Shown: positions 41,261-56,281, numbered from the stretch's first letter. The stretch is 64,000 nt of DNA from Tubiluchus corallicola (GCA_030141605.1 JAQGDQ010002403.1:18258-82257); one strand, 5' to 3'. Notes: a model not told the origin generated them from the letters alone. Numbers and translations: made by a program.

Positions 41261-44059
41261 ATGCAACGTAACAATAAATATATACAAATAAAGGGAGCTA
41301 ACATACATAATCTAAAAAATATAAGCTTAGAAATACCAAGAAATCAATTAATAGTCATAACAGGTGTTTCTGGATCAGGAAAATCGTCTCTCGCTTTTGA
41401 TACACTTTATGCTGAAGGACAAAGACGCTATGTAGAAAGTTTATCGTCCTACGCCCGTCAATTTCTTAAAAGGATACACAAGCCCGAAGTAGAATACATA
41501 AAAGGAATACCACCAGCCATAGCCATAGAGCAAAAAGTAAACACTCGAAACCCACGCTCAACAGTAGGAACTTCTACTGAAATATATGACTATATAAAAT
41601 TGCTATATACACGAATAGGAAAAACTATTTCACCCATCAGTGGAAAAGAAGTAAAACGACACTACACCAAAGACATCTTAAAACACATACTATCTCAACC
41701 TGAAAACACCAAAATACTTATACAAAGTCCCATAGAAACAAAGCCTGACACAAATCCTATACGGTACTTGCAATCCTTACAACAACAAGGTTTCAAAAGA
41801 GTAAGCACAAACAACACCATACATAAGATACAAGACATTATTACACAAAAAGACAGTTCAATAGATTTGCAAGAAACAAGACTTGTTATTGACCGTATCA
41901 TTGTAAAATATAACGACGAAGACCTGCAAAGCCGAATGGCAGACTCTATACAAACAGCTCTGTATGAGGGATATGGGAAATGCCTTATTACAAATTTAGA
42001 TACCAATACCACAGATGTATTCTCCAACAGATTTGAAGCAGATGGAATCACTTTCCAAGAACCTAATGAACATATCTTTTCATTTAACAACCCCATAGGA
42101 GCTTGCCCTAAATGTGAAGGATATGGAAAAACCATTGGTATAGATGAAGACCTTGTTGTGCCTGACAAAAATCTATCCATCTACAACAATGCTATTATCT
42201 GCTGGAAGGGAGAAAAGATGAGTCAATGGAAGGAGCAGCTAATCAACAATTCTCATAAGTTCAACTTCCCTATACACAAGCCTTATTACGAACTCACCTC
42301 CGAACAAAAGCAATTAGTATGGGAAGGCAATCAATATTTTGAAGGCTTAAATACTTTCTTCCAAATACTAGAAGAAAACCAATATAAAATACAATACCGT
42401 GTAATGTTGGCTCGCTTTAGAGGAAAAACTATTTGTCCTTTATGCAAAGGTGCTAGACTCAAAAAAGAATCCACCTATATTAAGATAAATAACAAATCCA
42501 TAACAGAATTAGTAGAATTACCTGCGGTAGAAATTCTTGAGTTTTTTAAAAACCTAAAACTAACACCTTATGAGCAAGAAATAAGTAAACGACTCCTCAA
42601 AGAGATTATCAACCGATTGTTATTTCTTGTAGATGTGGGACTAAGTTACCTTACTCTCAACCGCCTCTCCTCCACTCTATCTGGTGGAGAATCACAACGT
42701 ATAAACCTTGCTACTTCACTTGGAAGTTCGCTTGTAGGTTCATTGTATATACTAGATGAACCCAGTATTGGCTTGCACTCTAAGGACACACAGCGTCTTA
42801 TCAAAATTTTACGACAGTTGAAACAACTGGGTAACACCGTGATAGTGGTAGAACACGATGAAGATATAATACAAGCTGCCGACTACATTATAGACATAGG
42901 CCCTTTAGCAGGAACACTTGGCGGAGAGATAACCTACAATGGCACAATAAACGACCTATTAAAAAACACTAAGCCTACCAACCTCACTGCCAAATACCTC
43001 AATGGAATAGAAAAGATACCCATACCTACCCAAAGAAGAAAATGGAGTAACTACATAAAAATACTTGGAGCAAGAGAAAATAATCTTAAAGGGTTCGACG
43101 TAAAATTTCCTCTTAATATTATTACAACTATTACAGGTGTCAGTGGGTCAGGGAAATCATCACTTATTAAGAAGATATTATACCCTGCCCTTAAAATACA
43201 CCTTGGAGAATATGCTGGAAAGACTGGCTCGCACTCTCATCTACAAGGCGATCTTAAACTCATTCACAATATAGAATTCATAGACCAAAACCCCATAGGC
43301 AAATCATCACGATCTAATCCAGCTACTTATCTCAAAGTCTACGATGAAATACGTGCCTTATTTGCAAGTCAAAAAATAGCCACTAAATACAATTTAAAGC
43401 CTTCACACTTCTCTTACAATGTAGAAGGAGGAAGATGTGAAGAGTGTGAAGGGGAAGGTATCATTAAAGTAGAAATGCAATTTATGGCTGACATTTACAT
43501 AGATTGTGAAACCTGTAAAGGCAAAAGATTCAAAGACAATGTATTAGAGGTAACCTATCAAGGTAAAAATATTTATGATATATTAGAACTCACCGTAAAA
43601 GAAGCCATAGAGTTCTTCTCTGATAAAGAAGGCAAAATAGAAAAAAGAATCACTCAAAAACTAAAGCCTTTAGCTGACGTAGGTTTAGAATACGTAAAAC
43701 TTGGACAGGCTTCCTCCACCCTTAGTGGGGGAGAAAACCAAAGAGTAAAACTTGCCTACTACCTTAGCAAGGTAAAAACTGAGCCTATGCTTTTTATATT
43801 TGACGAGCCAACCACAGGCTTACATTTTCACGATATACGAAAGCTACTCAATTCCTTCAACAAACTTATAGACAAAGGACACACCATTATTATCATAGAG
43901 CACAACTTAGAAGTTATAAAGTCCTCTGACTGGATTATAGACCTTGGATTACAAGGTGGAAATGCAGGAGGTCATAAAGTTTTCGAAGGAACACCCGAAG
44001 AAGCTGTACATTTCAGCGAAGCCTCTGTAAGTGAATTTCTAAAAGAAAAAACCGGATAA
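41261..44059 (+). CDS. uvrA: Excinuclease ABC subunit A
   Basis: Two ABC domains (GVSGSGKSSL twice, LSGGE twice), AEGQRRYVESLS, zinc-finger CxxC motifs. Confidence 0.97.
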   Translation: MQRNNKYIQIKGANIHNLKNISLEIPRNQLIVITGVSGSGKSSLAFDTLYAEGQRRYVESLSSYARQFLKRIHKPEVEYIKGIPPAIAIEQKVNTRNPRSTVGTSTEIYDYIKLLYTRIGKTISPISGKEVKRHYTKDILKHILSQPENTKILIQSPIETKPDTNPIRYLQSLQQQGFKRVSTNNTIHKIQDIITQKDSSIDLQETRLVIDRIIVKYNDEDLQSRMADSIQTALYEGYGKCLITNLDTNTTDVFSNRFEADGITFQEPNEHIFSFNNPIGACPKCEGYGKTIGIDEDLVVPDKNLSIYNNAIICWKGEKMSQWKEQLINNSHKFNFPIHKPYYELTSEQKQLVWEGNQYFEGLNTFFQILEENQYKIQYRVMLARFRGKTICPLCKGARLKKESTYIKINNKSITELVELPAVEILEFFKNLKLTPYEQEISKRLLKEIINRLLFLVDVGLSYLTLNRLSSTLSGGESQRINLATSLGSSLVGSLYILDEPSIGLHSKDTQRLIKILRQLKQLGNTVIVVEHDEDIIQAADYIIDIGPLAGTLGGEITYNGTINDLLKNTKPTNLTAKYLNGIEKIPIPTQRRKWSNYIKILGARENNLKGFDVKFPLNIITTITGVSGSGKSSLIKKILYPALKIHLGEYAGKTGSHSHLQGDLKLIHNIEFIDQNPIGKSSRSNPATYLKVYDEIRALFASQKIATKYNLKPSHFSYNVEGGRCEECEGEGIIKVEMQFMADIYIDCETCKGKRFKDNVLEVTYQGKNIYDILELTVKEAIEFFSDKEGKIEKRITQKLKPLADVGLEYVKLGQASSTLSGGENQRVKLAYYLSKVKTEPMLFIFDEPTTGLHFHDIRKLLNSFNKLIDKGHTIIIIEHNLEVIKSSDWIIDLGLQGGNAGGHKVFEGTPEEAVHFSEASVSEFLKEKTG

Positions 44060-44131
44060 TTAAAAACTAAGATTAAACTACAAAGTTATTGTTAATTTTT
44101 TCTCTTCTTTTAACAAAGCTTTTTTATCCTT

Positions 44132-44734
44132 TCATTTCTTATACTTCACAGTACAACCTATGGCCTTGGTAGTTTTGGGGCTTATCTCTTTATTTGCTAA
44201 GAGCGAGGTCATAGCATTTTCTAAGTATTTTTCAGTTACAGCACTTTCATCTCGCGGGTTATTATCTATGGCACCTATGTATTTTACCACAAGATTGTCT
44301 TTTTCTCTTTTCAACAAATATACGTGAGGAGTTCTTGTGGCTCCATATTGTTTCACTACCTTTTGACCATCGTCAAACAAATAAGGAAAGGTAAAACCTT
44401 TCTCTTTTGCTTTTACCTGCATTTTGTCGTAAGAGTCTTCGGGTTGTGCTTCAGGGTCATTGGGATTGATAGTAATAACAGGATACCCCTGTGGCTTATA
44501 CTCTTTATCAAGAGCAATAATGCGGTCTTCACTTGCTACGACATAAGGACAACGGTTGCAAGTAAATATCACTATAAAGCCTTTAGCGTTCTTATAGTCA
44601 GCAAGTGAAACAAATTTACCATCTACATTTTTTAATTTAAAATCAGTGGCTTTATCTCCTACTGAATATCCTCCCGCTTGCACATTAAAGATCAAGACAG
44701 TGTTAATAAATAGTGTTATAATTAATTTTTTCAT
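44132..44734 (-). CDS. Secreted thioredoxin-like AhpC/TSA-family protein
   Basis: Signal peptide, FTCNRCPYV, GATRTPHVY, YIGAIDN, C-terminal IGCTVK. Confidence 0.88.
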   Translation of the reverse strand: MKKLIITLFINTVLIFNVQAGGYSVGDKATDFKLKNVDGKFVSLADYKNAKGFIVIFTCNRCPYVVASEDRIIALDKEYKPQGYPVITINPNDPEAQPEDSYDKMQVKAKEKGFTFPYLFDDGQKVVKQYGATRTPHVYLLKREKDNLVVKYIGAIDNNPRDESAVTEKYLENAMTSLLANKEISPKTTKAIGCTVKYKK

Positions 44735-44813
44735 AGTTCCCAGATTTTTAAAATACTAAAAATAAGTTTGATTATAATTATTATCAATAAAGTTATATTT
44801 CTTTCCTATGTTA

Positions 44814-48041
<3,228 letters not shown>

Positions 48042-48125
48042 TTATAGGAATATTGTTTAACTGTTTTTATTAAAATGTAAAAATAACTTTTATTTTTTTC
48101 ATAAAATCTTTTATATCATTTATTT

Positions 48126-49685
48126 TTATTCTACTTTGCCAGCAAAAGTAACAACTGTTTTCGCTGGAATCTCTATTGGAGTATTTGCCATTATATTCTC
48201 AAATCGTGTTAAATTATTATCTGCTTCATCGTTGGTAACATAAGGTGCAAAATATTTTATGTTTAAATCCTGTGCCTCTAATCTTATAGTTTTATTTTTG
48301 TCTGATATGTTACTTGCAACAACTGTGAGTTGTTTGCTTTCCTTGTGGTAATAGGCAGATATTAGCAATTCATTATCGACTTTTTCTGCTGCTGCAATTT
48401 CTATACGTTTAGCCCCCTGACGAACAAACCTACTATAATTCCCTAACATCCACATCAATTTAGAGGCTTCATAATTTCCATCTTTTTTATTGTCATCAGT
48501 ATATATAAGCCCATCAGGATAATCAGAGTAGCTTATAGCTAACCACCACTGCCAAGCAGAAACATTGGCAACTGTAAGGTCGTAGTGAATGATTCTATTT
48601 ACATACAAGGCAAGATTCATTGTTACATCCTTGTGCATACGCTTCCATTCCAATGCCTTTAAATCGTCATCTCCTAGCACACAATATTCTGTTTGCCATA
48701 CATCAACGCCATATTTTTGAGCAAACATATTTACACTATCTCTTACTCCTATCATCCTATCAACAGGAACAGTTGTAAAATAAGAATGCCCTGCTATTAT
48801 AGGAGGTAAAGATTTTGCCTTCTTAACAGGGCTATCTTTACCAAAAAAATAAGGTATTTGATTGCCTGCAGGATTATCTTCATAAGCATATAAAGCCTCC
48901 CACGCAGCCGCTTCTGTAATTAGTATTTTCGATGTAAGTTCTTCTTTCTGTATTCTCTTATCCAATTCATTTATCAAATGTGCAAACTCATCATTGGTAA
49001 AATAACACCCTTCTTGGGAATCGCCAGTCCAATCCCACTGAGGCTCATTTACAGGGGCAATGTAAGCAAACTCTATTCCTTCGTGCTGTTTAATGCCCTT
49101 CGTTACCTCCACTAAGAACTGAGCAAAATCGCTCATCTGTTCTATTGATATGTTAGAAGGGTTTTCCTTATCTGTTCCGTGTGCCAATCCATTTTTAGTA
49201 AAATAAACAGGTGGGCTATTGCAAAACCCTATAAATTTATTTACCCCTCTCTTTTTAGCCGCTTGTAAAAACCAACGCTGCCCCTTATGTTTATACCAAT
49301 TGTATGTGCCATCTTGTTGCAGAAAACACTCTGCCCTTCTCCATTCAGTTTTTATTTGACTTTCTGCACCTTGCTCTGCACTGCCTGCACCTATGTTGAA
49401 ACGCCATGCAGACAATCCAATACCCTTAGGACTTCCGTTAGGCAGTGTGTCCATACTAAATAACCAATCAGCCATAGCTTCTTTTTTTTCATCTTGCCAT
49501 AGCCCATAGAACTGTCCCCCCCAGCAATCCGATGCTGAGAAATTATCAATAGTTTGATGTTTTATTTTAGAATTGATAGTAAAAATAATAGCGTCATTAG
49601 TATTTTTACTTACCAAAGATTTTTTCTGCTGCTGACAAGCAACAACATTAAAAAGTATAATTACTACAATAATGAATTGTTTCAT
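48126..49685 (-). CDS. GH30 glycoside hydrolase, lipoprotein
   Basis: Lipobox VVAC, GIGLSAWRFNIGAGS, PVNEP (acid/base), WQTEYC (nucleophile), AWQWW. Confidence 0.9.
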   Translation of the reverse strand: MKQFIIVVIILFNVVACQQQKKSLVSKNTNDAIIFTINSKIKHQTIDNFSASDCWGGQFYGLWQDEKKEAMADWLFSMDTLPNGSPKGIGLSAWRFNIGAGSAEQGAESQIKTEWRRAECFLQQDGTYNWYKHKGQRWFLQAAKKRGVNKFIGFCNSPPVYFTKNGLAHGTDKENPSNISIEQMSDFAQFLVEVTKGIKQHEGIEFAYIAPVNEPQWDWTGDSQEGCYFTNDEFAHLINELDKRIQKEELTSKILITEAAAWEALYAYEDNPAGNQIPYFFGKDSPVKKAKSLPPIIAGHSYFTTVPVDRMIGVRDSVNMFAQKYGVDVWQTEYCVLGDDDLKALEWKRMHKDVTMNLALYVNRIIHYDLTVANVSAWQWWLAISYSDYPDGLIYTDDNKKDGNYEASKLMWMLGNYSRFVRQGAKRIEIAAAEKVDNELLISAYYHKESKQLTVVASNISDKNKTIRLEAQDLNIKYFAPYVTNDEADNNLTRFENIMANTPIEIPAKTVVTFAGKVE

Positions 49686-49741
49686 AATTGAAATTTAAAA
49701 CTCCCATATGAAGTTATTAGTTTTTCCTATTAGTAGTAAAT

Positions 49742-51403
49742 TTAGCCTCCATTTCCAACAAAACTAATTACAGTTTTAGGAGGAATTACTATAGCATTGT
49801 CATTATCCACATAAATATCTTGAAACTTAAATAATTTATTATTAGCGTTAGCATCGTTCGTTACATAAGGCGTCCATTTCGTAATAGAAGGATTATTGGC
49901 TTTCAACTTTATCTTTTGAGGAGCTTCTCCCATATTAATAACTACTATAATAGTTTGTTTGTCGGTTTCGTGATGATAGGCAGAAACAAGCAAGTCTCCT
50001 TCATTACTATTAGGCTGTGTTATTTCTACACGTTTAGCATTAGGGCGAATGAAACGACTAAAATTACCCAGCACCCACAACAATTTAGTATCGTGAAATA
50101 AGCCGTCTGTTTTGTCTTTGTCTGTATAAATAAGTCCATCAGGATAATTGCCATCTCCAAAAGCCCTCCACCAATGCCAAGTTGAAGCATTAGCAACTGT
50201 AAGGTCGTAATGTATAATACGTGCTATGTAAAGGGCTAAGTGCATAGTAGTGTCTTTCTTCCATTCGCTCCACCCTAATGCGTTTTGGTCATCCCCTTGC
50301 AAAGGGCAATATTCTGTTGACCATAATTGCAAATTGTATTCTGCTGCTTTTTCACGTGCTGCCTCTCTCACACTTATCATATGAGAAACAGGAGTAGTTG
50401 TAAAATAAGAATGTGATGCAACTTTCTTGGAAAGCGAAGGAGCATCTTTTACACTACTATTTCCACCAAAAAAATATTCTATCTGATTGCCTGTGCCAGA
50501 ATGATCCCCATTTTCTTCATATAAATATTTCCAATTGGCTGCTTCAGGGATTATAATCTTAGTATTAAGCCCTGCCGATAGAATAGACTTATCTAACTCT
50601 TCTACTATTTTTCCTACTCCCTCATTGGTCGTATGACACCCTTCTTGTCCATTCCCATCCCAATTATATTGAGGCTCATTTACAGGATGAACATAAGTAA
50701 ATTCTATCCCTTCTTTTTGTTTTACCCCTTTTATCACTTCTACAAGAAAACCTGCAAAATCTTTTGACTTATTGATAGATAAGTTGTCAGGATTGGCAGA
50801 AGTTCCGTGTGCCAAGCCGTTTTTAGTCATATAAACAGGGGGGCTATTAGAAAAACCAATAAACTGGTTTACACCTCTTTCTCTTGCTTTTTTTAGAAAA
50901 AAGCGTTGACCTCTTTGTTTGTCCCAGTTATAAGTTCCATTTCCTTGCAAAAAACATTCTGTACGTCTCCATTTATCACTTATATCACTATCATCACCCT
51001 GCTCAATACTGCCTGCACCTATATTAAAACGCCACGCTGACAAACCAATACCCTTAGGGTCTCCATTTTGATTTGCTTCTGTGCTAAACAACCAGTTGGC
51101 CATAAGGCCTGTTTTAGCAATAGGCCACAAGCCTATAAATTGGGCAGACCAAGCATCAGAAGCTGAAAAGTTATCTATCTCCTGATAAGTAAGCCCAGTA
51201 TTTATAGTCAATTCATAGTCTGCATCTGTAGTTACTTCCAATGCTTCCAATTCTCTTGGTGTGTTCCTGTTATCTTCTTGTATTGGGTCGTTTTTATCTC
51301 CTGTTCGCTCTTTTACTTGATAGTCTTTTTTGCATCCTATAAATAAACTGGATAGAATCAAAAAGCAAATTGTATTTAAAAGAAAAGGTGTTTTTGTTTT
51401 CAT
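49742..51403 (-). CDS. GH30 glycoside hydrolase, lipoprotein (paralogue)
   Basis: Lipobox FIGC, GIGLSAWRFNIGAGS, PVNEP, WSTEYC, TWHWW. Confidence 0.9.
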   Translation of the reverse strand: MKTKTPFLLNTICFLILSSLFIGCKKDYQVKERTGDKNDPIQEDNRNTPRELEALEVTTDADYELTINTGLTYQEIDNFSASDAWSAQFIGLWPIAKTGLMANWLFSTEANQNGDPKGIGLSAWRFNIGAGSIEQGDDSDISDKWRRTECFLQGNGTYNWDKQRGQRFFLKKARERGVNQFIGFSNSPPVYMTKNGLAHGTSANPDNLSINKSKDFAGFLVEVIKGVKQKEGIEFTYVHPVNEPQYNWDGNGQEGCHTTNEGVGKIVEELDKSILSAGLNTKIIIPEAANWKYLYEENGDHSGTGNQIEYFFGGNSSVKDAPSLSKKVASHSYFTTTPVSHMISVREAAREKAAEYNLQLWSTEYCPLQGDDQNALGWSEWKKDTTMHLALYIARIIHYDLTVANASTWHWWRAFGDGNYPDGLIYTDKDKTDGLFHDTKLLWVLGNFSRFIRPNAKRVEITQPNSNEGDLLVSAYHHETDKQTIIVVINMGEAPQKIKLKANNPSITKWTPYVTNDANANNKLFKFQDIYVDNDNAIVIPPKTVISFVGNGG

Positions 51404-51474
51404 ACTTGTTGTTTATAGAATAAATATTGTGATAAAATAGTTTGTAGAGAATAAATATCCCTAGGCTTTTTTAT

Positions 51475-53100
51475 CTAATAGCCAGGGTTTTGTTCTATAT
51501 TGCTATCAGGCGATTCTATATCATACAAAGGTATAGGTAGCAACAACCTAAAATCCTGATAAGCCTCTCCCTTATTATTAGGTTCTAAAGCAGCCTCAGG
51601 ATTTTGTATCTCCCACTCATCATTATTACTTTCTGTATTGTACTTTACAAAAGTCCCGTTGCTTCCCATTATTGAAGCAATTCTTGGTTTACTTGTTTGA
51701 GGGTCTATTTGACGGCGAATATCATCAAACCGTTTAAATTCTAATGCCAGTTCCATCCTCCGTTCTTTCCATATTGCTCGTAGTAAACTCTCACCTGTTT
51801 CTGTTATATCATCTAAATCAACCCTATCTCTAATCTTATTTACTTCTATGCGTGCATCTCCCTCTTGCTGAAGGTGATAGCAAGCTTCTGCTTTGTTGAG
51901 TATCACCTCTGCCAAACGCATCAATATTAAGTTTTTATCCACGCATTTACACCCTTGAAAATCCAAAGGTCTTCTATCTGGGTGGATAAAACTTTTTCTG
52001 CTAATACGCATAGACTTAGAATCTGATAATGAGGCAATCTTTAAATTACTAATCATAACACTTGTTCCATCTATGTCATAAACAGGTCCTTCTCCAATAC
52101 CATCATTGTTTATTTCTCCCCTTATAATAGTAGAACGCAACCTAATATCGTCTCCCTCGTTTTTAAATACATTCTCCAAATCACTTGTTGGAGTATTCCA
52201 CCCCCAAGCATATGCACGTCCACCCTGTTGAACAGGCACCATATTTCCGAGTTGATATGCTAAATCACTACTTGTTTGTATCTCAAAAATAGATTCTTGC
52301 CCATTCTTATTATCTATATACCAAACATTGCCAAAGGAGTTTTCTAAATCATATTCTCCCGAATTCAAAACTAAATCAGCATATATTTTACAAGAATCCC
52401 ATTTTTCTTGGAACAGATATACCTTAGATAAATACCCCCAAGCAGCACCTTTGGGAACACGCCCTTCATCATTGGCATCATATTCACTTTTCTGAGGCAG
52501 TACCTCTGCAGCTTCTTTTAAGTCTTTTTTTATCTGTGCATAGACTTCCTCCGGCCTAGCCTTAGTTATTGTATTTAAGTCATCCGTTCCCAAAATTCTT
52601 GTATGTAAGGGAACGCCACCCCAATTTTTCACCAATTGAAAATAATGATAAGCACGAATAAATTTTACTTCAGCAATAGACCTCTCTATTAATTCTGGGT
52701 TGGAGATAGCAACAGGTGAAGTAGGCAAATTCTCCAAAGTCAAATTACAATTATAAATACCTTTGTAAGTATGGTCCCAAAACCCTTTTATCTTCCCATT
52801 CGCAGGAGTATATCTAAGTTGAGAAAAACTCATATAATCTTCTTCCTGTTGTCGTAAATTACCTGCCCAGCAATCATCACTTGCATACTCACCCATCAAA
52901 TAGAAAATAGAAACAGGCTCCCAATCATTGCTATATATATAATGATAGCACCCACTTACCGCCTTAGAAACTTCTTCTTCTGTTTGATAGAAAGTATCAA
53001 AATTCTGCTGCCCGCGAATAGATTCATCCAAAAAATTTTTGCAAGAAGACAGCACTACTAACAAAAGTAAAACAACAATACTTCCAAACATTTTTCTCAT
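51475..53100 (-). CDS. SusD/RagB glycan-binding lipoprotein
   Basis: LSSCKNFLDE, AEVKFIRAYHYFQLVKNWGGVP, RLAEVILNKAEA, ERRMELALE..RFDDIRR, QNPGY. Confidence 0.95.
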   Translation of the reverse strand: MRKMFGSIVVLLLLVVLSSCKNFLDESIRGQQNFDTFYQTEEEVSKAVSGCYHYIYSNDWEPVSIFYLMGEYASDDCWAGNLRQQEEDYMSFSQLRYTPANGKIKGFWDHTYKGIYNCNLTLENLPTSPVAISNPELIERSIAEVKFIRAYHYFQLVKNWGGVPLHTRILGTDDLNTITKARPEEVYAQIKKDLKEAAEVLPQKSEYDANDEGRVPKGAAWGYLSKVYLFQEKWDSCKIYADLVLNSGEYDLENSFGNVWYIDNKNGQESIFEIQTSSDLAYQLGNMVPVQQGGRAYAWGWNTPTSDLENVFKNEGDDIRLRSTIIRGEINNDGIGEGPVYDIDGTSVMISNLKIASLSDSKSMRISRKSFIHPDRRPLDFQGCKCVDKNLILMRLAEVILNKAEACYHLQQEGDARIEVNKIRDRVDLDDITETGESLLRAIWKERRMELALEFKRFDDIRRQIDPQTSKPRIASIMGSNGTFVKYNTESNNDEWEIQNPEAALEPNNKGEAYQDFRLLLPIPLYDIESPDSNIEQNPGY

Positions 53101-53152
53101 ATTTATCTATATTTTTTAAAGGTTTATTTATCCTACTATATATACTATAAGT

Positions 53153-56100
53153 TTATAGATTCATACTTAATCCAAAGGTGAAAAATTGTGGAGTTGGATA
53201 ACGCCCACCACTATCTATACCCTGTGTAGTTACTCCTCCTCCGTATACTTCTGGATCTAAACCCGAATATCCTGTTATAGTAAACAAGTTTTCTACCCCA
53301 AGAAAAATCCTTATTTGAGAAATAGGAGCTGCATCATTAAAGGTTTTAACCTCTTTAAAGGTATAACCTAACTGTATGTTCCTACAACGCAAAAAAGACC
53401 CATCTTCTACATAATAATCAGAGACCCTACGGAAATTATTATTATCATCCACCAAGCTCAAGGCGGGCTGGGAGTTACTTGTCCCTTCACCGTGCCAAGC
53501 CTCATTATACAAGCCCTCACGAACATTTACATTTTCAGCACCTGTCATAGATTCTGCTTTTGTGGTGTTAAAAAGGTCCCCACCTACACTGCCATAAAAA
53601 TCTATAATCAAATCAAAGTTTTTATACCTTGCACTAAAATTCAGAGCAGCAGTAAAATCAGGTTGAGCGCTTCCTATAAATGTTTTATCTTCTTCATCTA
53701 TTTTTCCATCTCCATTTATATCTTCAAACCTAAAATCTCCCGGCTTTGCATTAGGTTGTATAAGGTTACCGTTCTCGTCAGTATAGCTCAAAACCTCTTC
53801 CCAGTTTTGAAATATACCTTGTGTCTTATACCCATAAAACTGCCCTACCAATTCACCTTCTTCTGTTCGTGTGATATCAGAGCCTGCAAAGCCCCAGTTC
53901 CAAGCAGTGTAAGGTTGTCCCTCCAACAACTCTAACGCTCTTGTTTTTACGTGCGTAAAATTTAATGTAGCTCTAAATGTAAACTCACCTTCATACTTAT
54001 TATATGATAGGCTCATTTCAAATCCTTTTGATGCTACACTACCCGAATTTGTCCATATAGAACTTGGAAAACCGCTATAACCCGGATAAGTTCTTTCTAA
54101 TAACATATCCACCGTCTTCCTGTAAAAATAATCAGCACTTAAAGTTACAGAATGAGATAACACTCCTAAATCCAACCCTACACTATAATCTTCTACCGTT
54201 TCCCATTTTATATCTTTATTAGCTACATTAGAGGCTGCAATTCCTAACGATGGTTCGCCCCCAAAAACATAGTCTTTATCAGCATCTATGTTTTCGGTAA
54301 AAACACCAGCCCCTAAAACAGCCTGATTGCCTACTTGCCCCCAGCCTGCCCTTATTTTCAAGTTGTTAACCCAAGGCAAATTATCTCCTACAAAACTTTC
54401 TTTGCTTGCTACCCAAGCCAAAGAAGTAGATGGAAAAATGGCATACCTATTATCTTCCGGAAACTTAAATGAACCGTCCCGACGAATAGAAAAGGTAGCA
54501 TAATACTTATTGTCGTAATTATACATTACCCTGCTCAATTGAGACAACAATGCTTTGTCCACAACATCTACCCCACTTGCATCAGGATTTTGTGTGGCAG
54601 CATTTAAATATATTAATAAGTCATCGTCATTAGGTATACCTTCCTTTTGCCCCCATACGTATTTGGTCAATCCCTTTTCTGCTACCAGTCCTGCCATTGC
54701 ATTAACATTATGAACATCATCAAACGTCTTTACAAAAGAAAGTATATTATTAAAAACATAGGCATACTGCTGACGAATCTCACGAGACACTCTACTAATA
54801 TTATTATTCTCTTGTGCATCTATAAAAAACTCTGGGTCGTATGTGTCATACAAATCATTTCTAAAATCTAAACCCAATTGTGTATTAAATGTAAAATGCT
54901 CTAAGAAACTTATGTTTAGATAACTATTGGTTTGCAAAGCCATAGTTGAATTATTGTTATTTACTTTACCTCTTTCAATAGCAGCAATAGGATTCCATAC
55001 CATATTATGAAGAGAACGCTGGTATATGCTGTATTTATTCTTCCCTGCTTGGTCTTCTTCGCTCAAATATACAGGTGTAGTAGGGTCCATCCTCATCAAA
55101 TCATTAATTTCCGGAGTATTTACCCAAGTTTCTACACGAGGCGAAAAATTCTGCCCAAATTTTATATTCTTCGTCAATCTATATTCAGTATTAAACCTTG
55201 CTGATATTCTGTCCCAATACCCTGCATCTAATTGAGACTCCTGTTTAAAACACCCTATACTTCCACTATAAACCATTTTTTCATCACCACCAGAAAAACC
55301 AATATTTAAATCATAACGAGGAGCCAATGAACGAACTGCCTCATCCCACCAGTCCGTGTGATGCAAATCGTCATAGCCACCTCCAAACAAAGGAGCATTG
55401 CCCGAATTTTTTCTCATTTCATCCATTACAAGTGCATATTCTTTGGCACTTGCAATAGGAGGTTTTCTAAGAGTTTGCATACTGGTAACTGAACTCACCG
55501 TAAATTTTGTTTCTCCAACCTTACCCTTTTTAGTTGTTATCAAAATCACACCATTAGAAGCCTGTGTTCCGTAGATAGCCGTAGCAGAGGCATCTTTTAG
55601 TATCTGAATACTTTCTATATCTTCGGGGTTTATTTGATTGGCATTTGTACCTACTGGAATACCATCCACTACATACATAGGGTCAGAACTACCATTTACA
55701 GAGGTTACTCCACGGATTATTACTGTCGGATTAGCTCCTGGTGCCCCACTTGGATTGAAAACCTGCACCCCCGAAGCCTTTGTTTGCAACATCTTTGTAA
55801 AGTTGCCTGTAGCTTCCATAGTCAAATCATCGCCTTTTACCTGCTGTATAGAACTTGTAATATCTTGCTTACGAACAGCACCATAGCCAATTACCACAAC
55901 CTCATCTAAACCTGTGCTAGCTACCGTCAAAGGTACATTAATAATTCTTTGACTTCTCACCTCTATTTCTACTGTTTGATACCCCACAAAGGAAAACACT
56001 AAAATATCTTCACTTTGAACATTTATAGCATAATTGCCATCCAAATCAGTAATTGTTCCCCTTGTAGTTCCTTTCACCTGAACTGTTACCCCAGGTAAAG

Positions 56101-56227
56101 TAGCATTATTGTCATTTGTATCTGTTATCGTTCCTGTAACAATTTGTTCCTGAGCATACAAAGAAGCAGTAATAAACATTGATATAAAAATAAAGCCTAT
56201 TGCTGCCTTGTTCAATCTCTTAGTCAT
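53153..56227 (-). CDS. SusC/RagA TonB-dependent transporter
   Basis: LDEVVVIGYG, ILKDASATAIYG..ASNGVILITTKKG, KWET, YYVEDGSFLR, C-terminal YPTPQFFTFGL. Confidence 0.97.
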   Translation of the reverse strand: MTKRLNKAAIGFIFISMFITASLYAQEQIVTGTITDTNDNNATLPGVTVQVKGTTRGTITDLDGNYAINVQSEDILVFSFVGYQTVEIEVRSQRIINVPLTVASTGLDEVVVIGYGAVRKQDITSSIQQVKGDDLTMEATGNFTKMLQTKASGVQVFNPSGAPGANPTVIIRGVTSVNGSSDPMYVVDGIPVGTNANQINPEDIESIQILKDASATAIYGTQASNGVILITTKKGKVGETKFTVSSVTSMQTLRKPPIASAKEYALVMDEMRKNSGNAPLFGGGYDDLHHTDWWDEAVRSLAPRYDLNIGFSGGDEKMVYSGSIGCFKQESQLDAGYWDRISARFNTEYRLTKNIKFGQNFSPRVETWVNTPEINDLMRMDPTTPVYLSEEDQAGKNKYSIYQRSLHNMVWNPIAAIERGKVNNNNSTMALQTNSYLNISFLEHFTFNTQLGLDFRNDLYDTYDPEFFIDAQENNNISRVSREIRQQYAYVFNNILSFVKTFDDVHNVNAMAGLVAEKGLTKYVWGQKEGIPNDDDLLIYLNAATQNPDASGVDVVDKALLSQLSRVMYNYDNKYYATFSIRRDGSFKFPEDNRYAIFPSTSLAWVASKESFVGDNLPWVNNLKIRAGWGQVGNQAVLGAGVFTENIDADKDYVFGGEPSLGIAASNVANKDIKWETVEDYSVGLDLGVLSHSVTLSADYFYRKTVDMLLERTYPGYSGFPSSIWTNSGSVASKGFEMSLSYNKYEGEFTFRATLNFTHVKTRALELLEGQPYTAWNWGFAGSDITRTEEGELVGQFYGYKTQGIFQNWEEVLSYTDENGNLIQPNAKPGDFRFEDINGDGKIDEEDKTFIGSAQPDFTAALNFSARYKNFDLIIDFYGSVGGDLFNTTKAESMTGAENVNVREGLYNEAWHGEGTSNSQPALSLVDDNNNFRRVSDYYVEDGSFLRCRNIQLGYTFKEVKTFNDAAPISQIRIFLGVENLFTITGYSGLDPEVYGGGVTTQGIDSGGRYPTPQFFTFGLSMNL

Positions 56228-56281
56228 ACTTCAATTTAGTTTTTATAAAGGTTCTAAATCCCATAAAAGTAAAAGCTCTGT